Below, piece by piece: positions 11,501 through 19,948 of a stretch of DNA of 64,000 bases. This DNA comes from a virus (lineage: Duplodnaviria; Caudoviricetes): IMG/VR virus record IMGVR_UViG_3300021121_000001, positions 1-64,000 of that record; one strand, given 5' to 3'. How positions within the stretch are numbered: the stretch's first letter is position 1; the number at the start of each line of letters is the position of its first letter. The translations under genes were made by a program, and so were the position numbers. The notes under the pieces were generated by a model. The model worked only from the letters and a program-made list of their open reading frames with translations. It was not told the DNA's origin and made no database searches.

Positions 11501-14500
11501 AAGAAGCCTTTAACTGTAATTCATAACGTGTAAGTTGTTTTGAAGGATCTGGTAAAGCTGTCAAAAGAGGAACATATGAAGGATTCTTTTTAGAAAGAGT
11601 GTCTATTTTTTTGTACATTGATTCATAGTCCTTATCTCCTTCTAATGTTTTAGCTAATTGACCCCAAGCAACACCAAAATCTACAGTTTCTTGTATATTT
11701 GGAAGAAAATTATTAAAAACAGCAACAGGTTTTCCATTCTTAAAGGCATATTTTGGAAGAGAAGCAACTAAATATAATATGTATTGAGAAACATCATCTT
11801 TAGGATTTATATTTTCTCTTGCGTCTCCGTATTTGTCATTTGATTCTACCTCTTCTCCTCCATCTGTAATTTCTACATTAGGAATAAGCTCTTTGGAAAC
11901 TTTTAAATATTTTGAATTTTGTCTATGGAAATTCTTGATATTTTCCCAATTTTGTAAAGTGTACTTTAAATTATACAGTGTATAAGCAAGTTCAGGAGTT
12001 GGATCTTTTTCATATTGTAACGCAAGTTGCTTTGCAGAAGATAACAATGTATTTTTTAGAGTGCCATAAACTTTGTCCAAATATCCTCTTTCCAAAAATA
12101 CTTTAGAAATAGATATTCCTCTATTGTTAAGTTGTTGAGAAGCAAGACTATCTATAGCACTATATACGCTACTACTGTCACTAATAGATAAACCAGGAAT
12201 AGATCTATTCAAAGTACCAAACATTGCTTTTACAGGATCTCTCTGGGCTTTATTTATATTTTTACTTGCAAGATTCTTATAGATTGTTTCAATATTTGGT
12301 TTTCCTGTAAAGAGTTCTTTAAGGAAATTATACATCTTTCTGAAGATTGTATTTCTTTTAACTCTTTGATTCAAAATTAATTTTTGACCAGAAAGCATAT
12401 AATTATAAAAATCTTCAGCAAGCATTTCTTCCAAAGCAAAATTCTGCTCTACGAGAGTAAGGGATTTTACATCTTTATTTAGTTTTTTTGCAAAATCCTG
12501 CAATGCTTTTTTTCCTGCTTCGCTTTGTCTTGCTTCATTATAAAGAGCTGTTTTTTGCTCTTTTGTGAGAAACAATTGAGAAAAATCATGAAATGCCTCA
12601 TGATATAGGTCTGTAAATTTTCCAGATTTCCATAAGGTTATTACCCCATTTTTCCACGATGCAAAAGCAGTGGAGTTTGCTATATTTCTACTATCAGTAA
12701 AGCTAACTCCTGATTTTTTAAGATACTCATTAAACCATTGTTCAGCTTCTTTTTCCTGTTCAAGGGATGTTTTTTGTTCTAATGAACTTACCCTATCTAA
12801 TCCTTTTGTATCTGTTACATCATCTATAGAATCTTCATCTTCTTCTATATCAGAAAAATCAAAAGTTAATTTATCTCCAGTTTCTACAACTGGTTCTGGT
12901 TTAACTTCTGGAGTCTCTAAAATTTCATTTTCTACATTTGGTTCTTTTTCTTCTTTTTTTACAGATTCATTAAAAGACATTTCTGGAACACCTGTGATGC
13001 TTTTAAAATCTGCTTCAAAATTATTAGCTACAAAATCCTTATAACTAATGGTTTCTACACTGAATTTACCATCTTTAAATCTATATATCTCCAAAGGAAC
13101 ATCATTTTCTGCCCTTTTTGATAGATTTATTTGTTGACTATTAACAAAATCTAAAAACTCCTGTCTGGTTTTTGCTATTATTTCTTTTTTGTCATTTGTA
13201 ATATAAGGAGTTTTGGTTTCTGCATCTATATAAATTCTATAATTATTTCTTGTATAAAAGAATATTTCAGGAAATGTTTTAAGATCTACATTTGTCTCTC
13301 CTTGAGACATTCTATTTTTAAATGCTTGAGTTATTGCTGCGAAAGTGTCATTTGCAGGAATAAAAGCTTCCGGTAAACCATCTGTATTATTCATATTCAG
13401 AAAGTCATAAATGCTTTCTGCTAGATTTGGAACATCTCTAATACTTCTTGTTCTATTCCAAATCCTTCTTGATTCTCCATTTCCATCAGATAAAACAACC
13501 CAGCTATCTTTTCCTACACTTATTTTATAATTAACCCCTTGATAATTTACTGAAATGATTCCTCTTTTTGTTTCAGGGAGGGCACTTGTTAAATTAGCAG
13601 AATATGTAACGGGATTTCCAGGTTTTACGGCTTGTCTTATTGCTTTAGCTTTTTCTACATTTATTTCCCATTGTGTCATTTCTGCTTTAGACATAGCAGT
13701 TGTAGGAGTGTTAAAATTACTTCTAACTGTATGCGTACTCCAATATCCTCCCTCCTTTACAGGTTTTCCTGTTTCATCAAAATAAATAATGTTTCCTTCC
13801 TTATCTGTTATTACAGCAATAACACCTTCTCTTTCCTCTTCTTTTATATTGTTTTTATTCCAATATTCTATAAAATCACTAGAGAATTTATCTGAAGGAA
13901 AATCTTTTACATCGTGAATAGTGAGATAGTATCCAAGATCACTCATGGATTTTCCAGCAGCAAACATTTGATTTTTAATCCATTTTATTGAATTTATTGC
14001 TACTTTTTGAATAATTCCTTTTTCAGCATTATTTGCAAATGGAGTAACTGTACTAAGAGGATTGTAGTTAGCTACTTTTTTAGCTTTTTCAGCAGCCTGA
14101 TCTGCTTTTTTCTTTTCTTCTTCATCTGCCTCTTTAGCAATAGCATCTAATTCTTCCTGTGCTTTTATTTCTTCTTCTGTTGCAGCAGGAGGAGTTATTT
14201 CTTCTTCTTCAGGTTTTGCTTCTTTTTCAGTTTCTTCTACTATTTCTGTAGATTTCTCTTCATTTGGAACTTCTTTTGTATTAGTTTTTTCAGTAGGTTG
14301 TTCTAATTCACTTAATTCTTTATCATATTTAGCATTGATTTCTTCTGATGTTTCACTTCCAGGATATAATAAATTATTTTTTCTTGAATTTTCAATACTT
14401 GCTATTTTTTTTCTTTTTTCTATTAATTCCTTGGCATTGGGAATATTATTATCTAAAAGCTCTTTATCAAATGCCTCATTAATACGTTCTAATTCGTTAA

Positions 14501-17500
14501 ATAATGATCCTTTGAATGCATTTAATGCATTACTAACAGGTTTTGATATTACACCATTTCTTTTTATATCTTCATCAGCTTTCTTTTGCCATTCATTTAT
14601 TTTAAGTTTTGCAGATTCTTCAGCTTTTGTAAGTTTTTCTTGTCTTCTTTTTTCAATATCAGCTTTTTTAGTTTCTAATTCAGGTTCATCAAATGTTTCA
14701 GTTTCAAATTCTTCCTCTGAAGATTTTTCAGATGGTGTTTCAAGCTCAATTTCTCTTTCATTCTTTATTTTAGCAAGTTCTTTTCTTTCATCTGCTGTTG
14801 CTTCAGTTGGAATAACATATCCATCTAATTCATCTAAAGTGAGCTTTTTTATCTTTTCTTTTTCATCATCTAATTTAAAACCTGTTTCTTCAACAGGTTC
14901 TTCTTCTGTAATGGTGGTTTCAATTTCTGGAGTTTTAGCAGTTGTTTCTTTTCCTATTAATTCATTTTTATTTAATTGAAGAGTTTTCATAGCCTGATCA
15001 ATATCTTCTATTGATTTTTCAGAAATACCATGAAGAATTCCTCTTGTTCTTAAAAGATTTAATTGGTTTATGTAAGTTTGTATTTGCTCTGAATTTTTTG
15101 GACTATTTATATTTTCAGGAGAGGTGAGATTACTAATAATACTCTCCACTCTTTTTATATTTCCTGGGGATTTTGTTTCAGAAAGAATTTCAGAGTTTTT
15201 GATAGCTATTTCATCAAGCTGAGTTAAAAGTTTAGCTCTTTTTTCTTCTGTTAAAGGTTTAGTAAGTTCTTTATTTATTAAAGACTCATTGATATTCTCA
15301 TTAAAAAGTTCATATTTTTTATTCTGAGCTGCTTGTTTTGCTTCATTTTCTATTTGTGTTCTTGCTTCTGGAGTTATTTTTTCTCCTTTTTCTGAAAATT
15401 TTATTAAACCTTTTTGTATATCGTCTTTCTCCTCCTGATCTACTATATCATATTTTGGTTTTAAATTTTCATGTACTTGGGCATAATGATCAATCAACTG
15501 AATTCTCCTCACTGCTTCTTCAGATGTTATGTTTCCGTTATTGAGAAGATTGTAAATTGTTTTTTTGTATACTTCTGGAGATTCTCCCACATAAAACTGT
15601 GCTGTTCTCTGATTTTTTGTATGTCCTGAATAACCATGCCCAAAACCTAAAAGTGCTTGCGGAAGCATTGTAGCCATAGTTTGAATAACTGTATTTGCGT
15701 TATTCTCTAAACTAAAATCATCATTATTTTTATAATTTTTATTATATTTCTTTGCAACTGAATTTACAGGTACATTTAAAAGATTACCTAAAATTTCTTC
15801 TATTGATTCTCCGACAAGTATTTTTACAAATTCTCTGCTTCCTTCTTTAAATTTATTTTTATCATATTGGAACATGAGATCTTTAAAGAATCTATTATAC
15901 TTTGCGCTTTTTGCACTTCTATCTATAAATTCTGTTACTGAAGATCTATATATCTCATTTTCACCAAGTTGTTCTAAAGTTTTTATTTCTCCTTTACCTA
16001 AAAGCCATTTCAGTGCAAGAAAGTTATCTACAAACATTTGTTCTGTTAATCCTTCTACACCTGCTCTTAAGGAACCTACAAGAGTGGCTTGATTTAGACT
16101 TAATCCTCTGTCAAGTTCTGTTTTTATCATATCTCCATCATAAAACATTATTGACGGAGCAACAAAACCAACTGTTGTATAAACACCCCAATCCCCTGCT
16201 TTTGCAAGTGTAGATGCTACAGAAGATTTAATTGCAGAAGATTTTGCCAATCTTTCTCCTTGATTTATTAAAGATTTTAAACTAGCCTCTGATTCCGACC
16301 ATAAATATGGTTTTCCTAAACCACCCGCTATTTCATTTGCTGTTAATTCTTCTGTTGCAAATTCAGATAATTTTGTTCCTATTGCTTCTTCAACACCAAG
16401 TCTTGCAAATGTTTCTGCAAAAGCATTAGTAAATAATGCTTCTGGAGCAAGTTCTGCTCCTAACATCATTATTGTTGATTCTATACCTGTTTTAGTTGTT
16501 TGAAAAGCAAGTCCATTTACATCAAAATCAGGATGCCATTTTCCATCCTTGTCATAAAATTGTATTGCTGTTAAATTTGTAATAGGAACTTCAGATATTT
16601 CTCCTGTTGTACGATCTTTATGAGTTACATTTGGAACAATTTCGTATTCAGGTTTAAATAAAGCTGTGGCAAATCTTTCATCATATAATTTTCCTTCTTC
16701 TTGCCCTATAGTAGATTCAAGAATTGCTTCAGATCCTGTATATACATTTTTTAACAAATTTCCTATAGTGTAAACTGTACTATACTTAACTGTTCCTTCA
16801 ATACCTGTAGCTTTTAAAAAATCTTCCATATAAGCCTGATTATCAGAATATTTCTTAAAATCTGGAAGTTTTGTATCAATTACATTATCTATTTTATCTC
16901 CCCATTTCTTTGTGGAAACAAGCAAATCTGTCAAATTCTTTTTAAGTTGAATTATATTTGCATATTGTTCTTTTTCACTATCTGTAAAATTAATATCTTT
17001 CCCTTGTGATTTGGCAAGATTTATATTTTTATTATAATCATTTATAATTTTATTTACACCTTCTAACTGAGAAGAATATTTTCTCATGTCCTCTGCAACA
17101 CTATATTTTTCATTTGCTGCTGCATGAAAAGCTAATTGTTGTTCTTCATATTTAGAATCATCAAAATGAGAGCTAAATGGAATACCTAAACCTGGAATAA
17201 ATCTATTTGAATTATAGCCTCCATTCTTTTTATTTATGTCAAGAGCTTCCCTTTTTGTAGAATTGTCTGCATGTATAACTTGATTTCCACTATTGAAAAA
17301 GTCATCAAAAACCTGATCAGGTGTTTGAGTTGAAAGTTTATTATAATAATCTTTTTTTATTTGTAAGTTATTATTTACCTCTGGAAGATTTTCAGTGGTC
17401 ATTTCTTTATCTTCTGGAAGAACAGATTTGCCATTTTCATTTTGAATATTCTTCTTTTTGGTTTTTTCACTTATTTGATTTTCCAAAAGAGACTTATAAG

Positions 17501-18242
17501 AATTTAAAGCCTTCATTTGAGAATTTAAACTCTTTAATTTTTCTAGATTTTTTTCTACTATTCTTCTTGTTTCTTCTGGACCATATTCTGAATCAAATTC
17601 TGTTTCAGTTATACTTTTAGTCTCATTTGATAATGTCTGTAAATCCTGCAATTTTTTTGCAGTTTTTTCTACTTCTGTTTGTATATCTTTTATAGGAAGA
17701 GGAGACAAGAACTCCTGCATTGTGTTTGTAGCAGGATCAATTGTTACTCCTGCTGCTTGATAATTTGGAGGAGCTACAAATTTATTTATAGTGCTTAAAT
17801 CTGATATTATTCCTTGTTTTGCTTGTTGTTTTTCAGCTTCTGTAAATTGTTTTGGAGCCTCTGGAGATTTTGCAGCATTTAGAAGTTTTTTTGTTTTTTC
17901 AGAAGTGTCACCAAAAAAATAATTTTTTATAGGTTCATAGGCACTTGACAAAAATTGAAGTTCCTGTGCTCCTCCTGGTAAAGCTGATACCAAACTTGTA
18001 AGAGATTTTGTTATAGTTTCTGTCCATGTTTTAGGTTCTTCTGTTTTTGCAGGAGTTGTTGTAAAATATTTAGATTTAAACTCATTTATTTCCGGAAGTT
18101 TTACATTTCCAGCGTCTAGTTTATTATACAGCTCTTCAGCTCCTCCTTCTACGCTATACTTTTTTTCAAAAGTGTCATAGTCTGGAAGTCTTATATTAGC
18201 TTTTTCTAACTTTCCGTATAGATCTTTTAATGTTTCTGGCAT
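5526..18242 (-). CDS. Virion-packaged two-barrel RNA polymerase fused to an N-terminal cargo region and a zincin metallopeptidase domain (4238 aa)
   Basis: RIPVQGLNSM...AKSGGDFDWDK metal-binding DxDxD motif (8205-8219), as in crAss-like virion RNAPs such as phi14:2 gp66. YHEAFH (12588-12602) with downstream LEEMLAEDF. Located in the cargo gene block. Confidence 0.9.
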   Translation of the reverse strand: MPETLKDLYGKLEKANIRLPDYDTFEKKYSVEGGAEELYNKLDAGNVKLPEINEFKSKYFTTTPAKTEEPKTWTETITKSLTSLVSALPGGAQELQFLSSAYEPIKNYFFGDTSEKTKKLLNAAKSPEAPKQFTEAEKQQAKQGIISDLSTINKFVAPPNYQAAGVTIDPATNTMQEFLSPLPIKDIQTEVEKTAKKLQDLQTLSNETKSITETEFDSEYGPEETRRIVEKNLEKLKSLNSQMKALNSYKSLLENQISEKTKKKNIQNENGKSVLPEDKEMTTENLPEVNNNLQIKKDYYNKLSTQTPDQVFDDFFNSGNQVIHADNSTKREALDINKKNGGYNSNRFIPGLGIPFSSHFDDSKYEEQQLAFHAAANEKYSVAEDMRKYSSQLEGVNKIINDYNKNINLAKSQGKDINFTDSEKEQYANIIQLKKNLTDLLVSTKKWGDKIDNVIDTKLPDFKKYSDNQAYMEDFLKATGIEGTVKYSTVYTIGNLLKNVYTGSEAILESTIGQEEGKLYDERFATALFKPEYEIVPNVTHKDRTTGEISEVPITNLTAIQFYDKDGKWHPDFDVNGLAFQTTKTGIESTIMMLGAELAPEALFTNAFAETFARLGVEEAIGTKLSEFATEELTANEIAGGLGKPYLWSESEASLKSLINQGERLAKSSAIKSSVASTLAKAGDWGVYTTVGFVAPSIMFYDGDMIKTELDRGLSLNQATLVGSLRAGVEGLTEQMFVDNFLALKWLLGKGEIKTLEQLGENEIYRSSVTEFIDRSAKSAKYNRFFKDLMFQYDKNKFKEGSREFVKILVGESIEEILGNLLNVPVNSVAKKYNKNYKNNDDFSLENNANTVIQTMATMLPQALLGFGHGYSGHTKNQRTAQFYVGESPEVYKKTIYNLLNNGNITSEEAVRRIQLIDHYAQVHENLKPKYDIVDQEEKDDIQKGLIKFSEKGEKITPEARTQIENEAKQAAQNKKYELFNENINESLINKELTKPLTEEKRAKLLTQLDEIAIKNSEILSETKSPGNIKRVESIISNLTSPENINSPKNSEQIQTYINQLNLLRTRGILHGISEKSIEDIDQAMKTLQLNKNELIGKETTAKTPEIETTITEEEPVEETGFKLDDEKEKIKKLTLDELDGYVIPTEATADERKELAKIKNEREIELETPSEKSSEEEFETETFDEPELETKKADIEKRRQEKLTKAEESAKLKINEWQKKADEDIKRNGVISKPVSNALNAFKGSLFNELERINEAFDKELLDNNIPNAKELIEKRKKIASIENSRKNNLLYPGSETSEEINAKYDKELSELEQPTEKTNTKEVPNEEKSTEIVEETEKEAKPEEEEITPPAATEEEIKAQEELDAIAKEADEEEKKKADQAAEKAKKVANYNPLSTVTPFANNAEKGIIQKVAINSIKWIKNQMFAAGKSMSDLGYYLTIHDVKDFPSDKFSSDFIEYWNKNNIKEEEREGVIAVITDKEGNIIYFDETGKPVKEGGYWSTHTVRSNFNTPTTAMSKAEMTQWEINVEKAKAIRQAVKPGNPVTYSANLTSALPETKRGIISVNYQGVNYKISVGKDSWVVLSDGNGESRRIWNRTRSIRDVPNLAESIYDFLNMNNTDGLPEAFIPANDTFAAITQAFKNRMSQGETNVDLKTFPEIFFYTRNNYRIYIDAETKTPYITNDKKEIIAKTRQEFLDFVNSQQINLSKRAENDVPLEIYRFKDGKFSVETISYKDFVANNFEADFKSITGVPEMSFNESVKKEEKEPNVENEILETPEVKPEPVVETGDKLTFDFSDIEEDEDSIDDVTDTKGLDRVSSLEQKTSLEQEKEAEQWFNEYLKKSGVSFTDSRNIANSTAFASWKNGVITLWKSGKFTDLYHEAFHDFSQLFLTKEQKTALYNEARQSEAGKKALQDFAKKLNKDVKSLTLVEQNFALEEMLAEDFYNYMLSGQKLILNQRVKRNTIFRKMYNFLKELFTGKPNIETIYKNLASKNINKAQRDPVKAMFGTLNRSIPGLSISDSSSVYSAIDSLASQQLNNRGISISKVFLERGYLDKVYGTLKNTLLSSAKQLALQYEKDPTPELAYTLYNLKYTLQNWENIKNFHRQNSKYLKVSKELIPNVEITDGGEEVESNDKYGDARENINPKDDVSQYILYLVASLPKYAFKNGKPVAVFNNFLPNIQETVDFGVAWGQLAKTLEGDKDYESMYKKIDTLSKKNPSYVPLLTALPDPSKQLTRYELQLKASFINALSKPIINYKSTSFEYSAGRVNIQSRNAEPITFAQLKQDWNLAIQEISNPYREKDESGQYVVNLEKLIKDFKGLTKSDSLNFLNALGFTFSQATLDSPEMTSILNQENKTLKNIYNKIVEYKDLMDKKYPNNLIPSPVQMARLSKPFTSTLDALSTSIYVDGKPLFTGLKEVFDNFIELELRNSEKYHSDSVTNAEGNSQWLHKNWSLQSQDYSLLNDISKFPTYQHLISDPNGAYFDISLNPDANNIFVNALFILDVPKSDPSYGKRRVGKGKKEITLELFDQGGIRISNDKGNRSEREGIKTSKLSRFMALIVDIPSLLTTGEKQHLRYGDKSTSRGTLVTYPSLVKNVVKSDKHIPVDINNFQNPDILSEQAWLIFRNSIISTLQITNDQTANNTYSNAANIVKNIKASPFGKFDKIFSKETKEALSEAHSEKPIDVKALIDKNKAEISKDLLEYFKKDSQKILDEIDENPIVKENDIFPERLLNNYSKEQMIRAMSMNSWIINSEHERLIFQDQRFYDVKQGSPKENYREPFKRYSKASSTGIIPLNDTQINNFFNNPESNSFAEKANYDKNNPDSPSKPYVEEGIVNSVIVKDVKITPTDYLDALLEHLKNSPNVEIDAVKEALKDIKITDAMGVCTFDFYRNLKLRIGEESWSDESEKLYQKIARGEELSKEDETNAYLFFAPLKFRVAGRTYDENKKIFIPIDYKFAITPLLGTTVKGKVYESIKDNMLRQNVHLMLFSSGSKHSAITSDGEYNSFYDKDGKPYTGDYTINPVPVEYFYEVVNSPDHYKEESRFSTQFRTLLFSNIFNNGKPIDYTKNNWDSLSEDEKKKQSPFYRRAVEFRDAIDNIVSIRKENLLKQLKAVYNSESDSYTIDQSALSSILEKEFENKDLPFNIIKSIQNENGKFKFKFDATIARDEIENTILSIIDNRLRKQNVYGEALIQVSATGFETSVDDTLPFYQDKGRTLANGDKVTSAHKVKISLQGDFKKLLEHPDVISLSKTEDIINKAKNLTQDPRLTALNTLISDESWLDKGKNREMITFTGVRIPVQGLNSMEFMEVHEFFPTQAGSIIAVSPALVAKSGGDFDWDKITSNFPHIYIDKKGNVKPIGNLSDKEIKELYTEEDGSKDAFYNSFKEKYAQNKAISVAREVLEDPKNFSSLVLPNATYMFEDVADERKAALQKEKPGYSDNYTVTESLNQHESNFVGKDALGIGAIANKFFPMMQQVGLYLNKTYVSSGGKERNVRNRFDHNKNSNGNISVSGIYSVEKPGKGKYKISESFSQLMNGWVDVAKKDWIFYINGRKEFAPVMLFHLMQGTHKDDVVSFFNQPILYEYIKTLNNYKNPLVKAINREAYKDAKKKAIYEVLNKYIPDNLEMTVYFKNKPNKINVKQSLNEKYDETPFFYGFLNNQMRELADENEELFDSTKFDYDRFSIPKDGKIEIPKTDKEKLAQALYLIQYLELEEQTKLFSQMRRTLNNDTTKASSFQYSKSRKAERNNTEMHNLFPIDLVKKMANESTIAAFTNDSKGMDTFIQQLSTKLFDVTNHPKFNSFIFSEWSKPESANFISFDDKNQDNFDLWLRTFKNDFVLFLYDNNVFDESNNLVATKVYQQMQYKTALAHDMEQLKRDFPNLTENNLFLQYLVKDNSLRLNTADRPEKVNIKLKFDKLDKDNSDIMSEDFKKLLEFNDPSYTPDQQARIKNFAENLAYFSFVQSGLNKTPFYLAKFIPQEYFAGKMQEIIDKTKEIFDKDPDRTQKILTRFNARFRYNNPKFYTQQYDDYDNPKITFNQNEPYRYKNYVDAELDLFDNVKLQEIEKLKNKTSVVSEFKANEATENPNVLYVFGDSQNRAITQNSAKISLVKKGSGFARENQENVVGIPVMISKEVSLKDEDFLQNQSDAEQYIKMVEQLSKKYDKIVFPDNMFEGSNLKENAPITYNWLATSLNEKFGLSLPVTEQSISDNINSPEEEDTEEAKGCDVPF

Positions 18243-18245
18243 ATA

Positions 18246-19886
18246 TTATATTCCGAATTCTAGTTTATTATCAGTAGGTGTTTTATCACTAGGTGTTTTA
18301 TCACTAGGTGTTTTAATAGGAGCTATTTGCAATTTTTCCAAAAGTTTGTCAGAATTATAAACTTTAGTTTCTTCTTTACTCCAGGAATGAGGTTTATGTT
18401 TTATTTTTATTTTACCGTCTTCTGATGTTATTTCATCTGGACTTGGAGCAGAACTAAATCCTAGTTTTTTATAATTGTCAATTATTTGAGATTGCACTGT
18501 TTTTATTTGTGCTTCAGTTGGAGAAGCATCTTTTGCAAAAGACTCTATAGAATTCTTTATTTTATTATCTGTTTCGCTATATTTTAATGGTGTGGCTTTT
18601 TGAGCTTTTTTAAGATCTAATTCATCCAATTTCTGATTGGAAATATATCCTCCTGTGGTTGGATCTATTATATCATATCCAGCATCTGAAGCTCTTATAA
18701 GTCTTTGATTTCTAACAACATCTTTTTCTTTTTGTTCTTTTTCCTGTTTTTTTGCTTCTGCTAATTGATGCAAATCTATATTTGAAATATTTCCTGCCAT
18801 CACCTTTTGTTGATCCTGGTCAGAAAGGTATGGAAGAGCTGCAAGCATAGTTTTATACTTTTCTTTGTATAAATCATTACTAAGTTCCATACTTTTTTGA
18901 TGAGCCATATCCATTTTAGTTTCCCCTTCTTGAGCAAAACTCATTGCACGAGCCATGTTGAGAATATCATTATTCTTATTATTAGCAAGCTTCTCATTCT
19001 TAAAACTTTGTCCAAGATATGGATTAGTTAAATGTTCTTTTGTTTTTGTCAACCCTTCCTCTGCTTCACTCATATCTTTTTTAGCTTTTGCTATATCAGC
19101 AGGATCTTTAGCAGTGGTAAGTATTTGTGCAGCAGCGTCATAATGATTCTGATAAGTGTTTAGAAGATCTGTATATTGCTGTGTTGCATATTGATTTACA
19201 TCAACTCCATCAAATTCATCTTCTATATTATCTCTATGATATTTGTGCCAATTTGGATTGGATTCTGCAATAGTTTTTATTGCCTGTGTGAGTTTTGCAG
19301 GATCATAATATTTAACCAATTCATATTGTCCATTTGGCATCAGCACTCTTTTTTCATCTGGGGTAATGATTTTTTTGGCTTTTTCCATCATTTCAGCAGC
19401 ATCTGGTGCTTGATAGCCATCATTGCCAAAAGGCAAGTCTTGTTTATAATCTTTTTGAGAAAAATAATTTCCAAGTTGTTTTATTCCTCTATTTACATAA
19501 ACTTTACCCTTTGCTTCTATTTCTTTCTTTTCCTGAAGCATTTGACTATATGCAGAACCTCTTTTTGCAATAGCTAAAATATCTGGATCTGTAGAATATT
19601 GACCAATTGTTCCTTTTATTTTAGCAGCAGTATTTATATCTCCTATGTTACTTAAATCCATAGAAGAAACAGCATTTTTAAGTTCCTGCTCTTTTTCTAC
19701 AAGTTTTTGTTTGTCTGGACCATAAGCAGGAATAGACATAAGGGAATTATGCAATGCAGAAATATCCTGTATATTTTTTTCAGCCATTTGCTGTTTATAC
19801 ATCATATTTTTAGCATATAGGTTGAGATCCATAGGATCTACCCATTCTGCTGGTTTGACTGGTTGACTATAAGGACTGAATGCCAT
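18246..19886 (-). CDS. Putative ejected cargo protein (546 aa, helical)
   Basis: Between the PG-binding/YkuD cargo gene and the vRNAP gene; coiled-coil-rich; no recognisable catalytic motif. Confidence 0.55.
   Translation of the reverse strand: MAFSPYSQPVKPAEWVDPMDLNLYAKNMMYKQQMAEKNIQDISALHNSLMSIPAYGPDKQKLVEKEQELKNAVSSMDLSNIGDINTAAKIKGTIGQYSTDPDILAIAKRGSAYSQMLQEKKEIEAKGKVYVNRGIKQLGNYFSQKDYKQDLPFGNDGYQAPDAAEMMEKAKKIITPDEKRVLMPNGQYELVKYYDPAKLTQAIKTIAESNPNWHKYHRDNIEDEFDGVDVNQYATQQYTDLLNTYQNHYDAAAQILTTAKDPADIAKAKKDMSEAEEGLTKTKEHLTNPYLGQSFKNEKLANNKNNDILNMARAMSFAQEGETKMDMAHQKSMELSNDLYKEKYKTMLAALPYLSDQDQQKVMAGNISNIDLHQLAEAKKQEKEQKEKDVVRNQRLIRASDAGYDIIDPTTGGYISNQKLDELDLKKAQKATPLKYSETDNKIKNSIESFAKDASPTEAQIKTVQSQIIDNYKKLGFSSAPSPDEITSEDGKIKIKHKPHSWSKEETKVYNSDKLLEKLQIAPIKTPSDKTPSDKTPTDNKLEFGI
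18268..18312. repeat. 15-bp tandem repeat x3 (ttatcactaggtgtt) encoding KTPSD-KTPSD-KTPTD
   Basis: Directly visible; one mismatch in the first copy. Confidence 0.9.
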
Positions 19887-19948
19887 AATGCTATTATAAT
19901 AATTTTTTGTTAAGAATAAAAATATTTAACCTGAATTTGTTAAACTTA

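Noticed and set aside
18268-18312. Tandem repeat as a CRISPR array or DGR element
   Set aside because: Directly adjacent in-frame coding repeats with no spacers; no reverse transcriptase or cas genes in the window.
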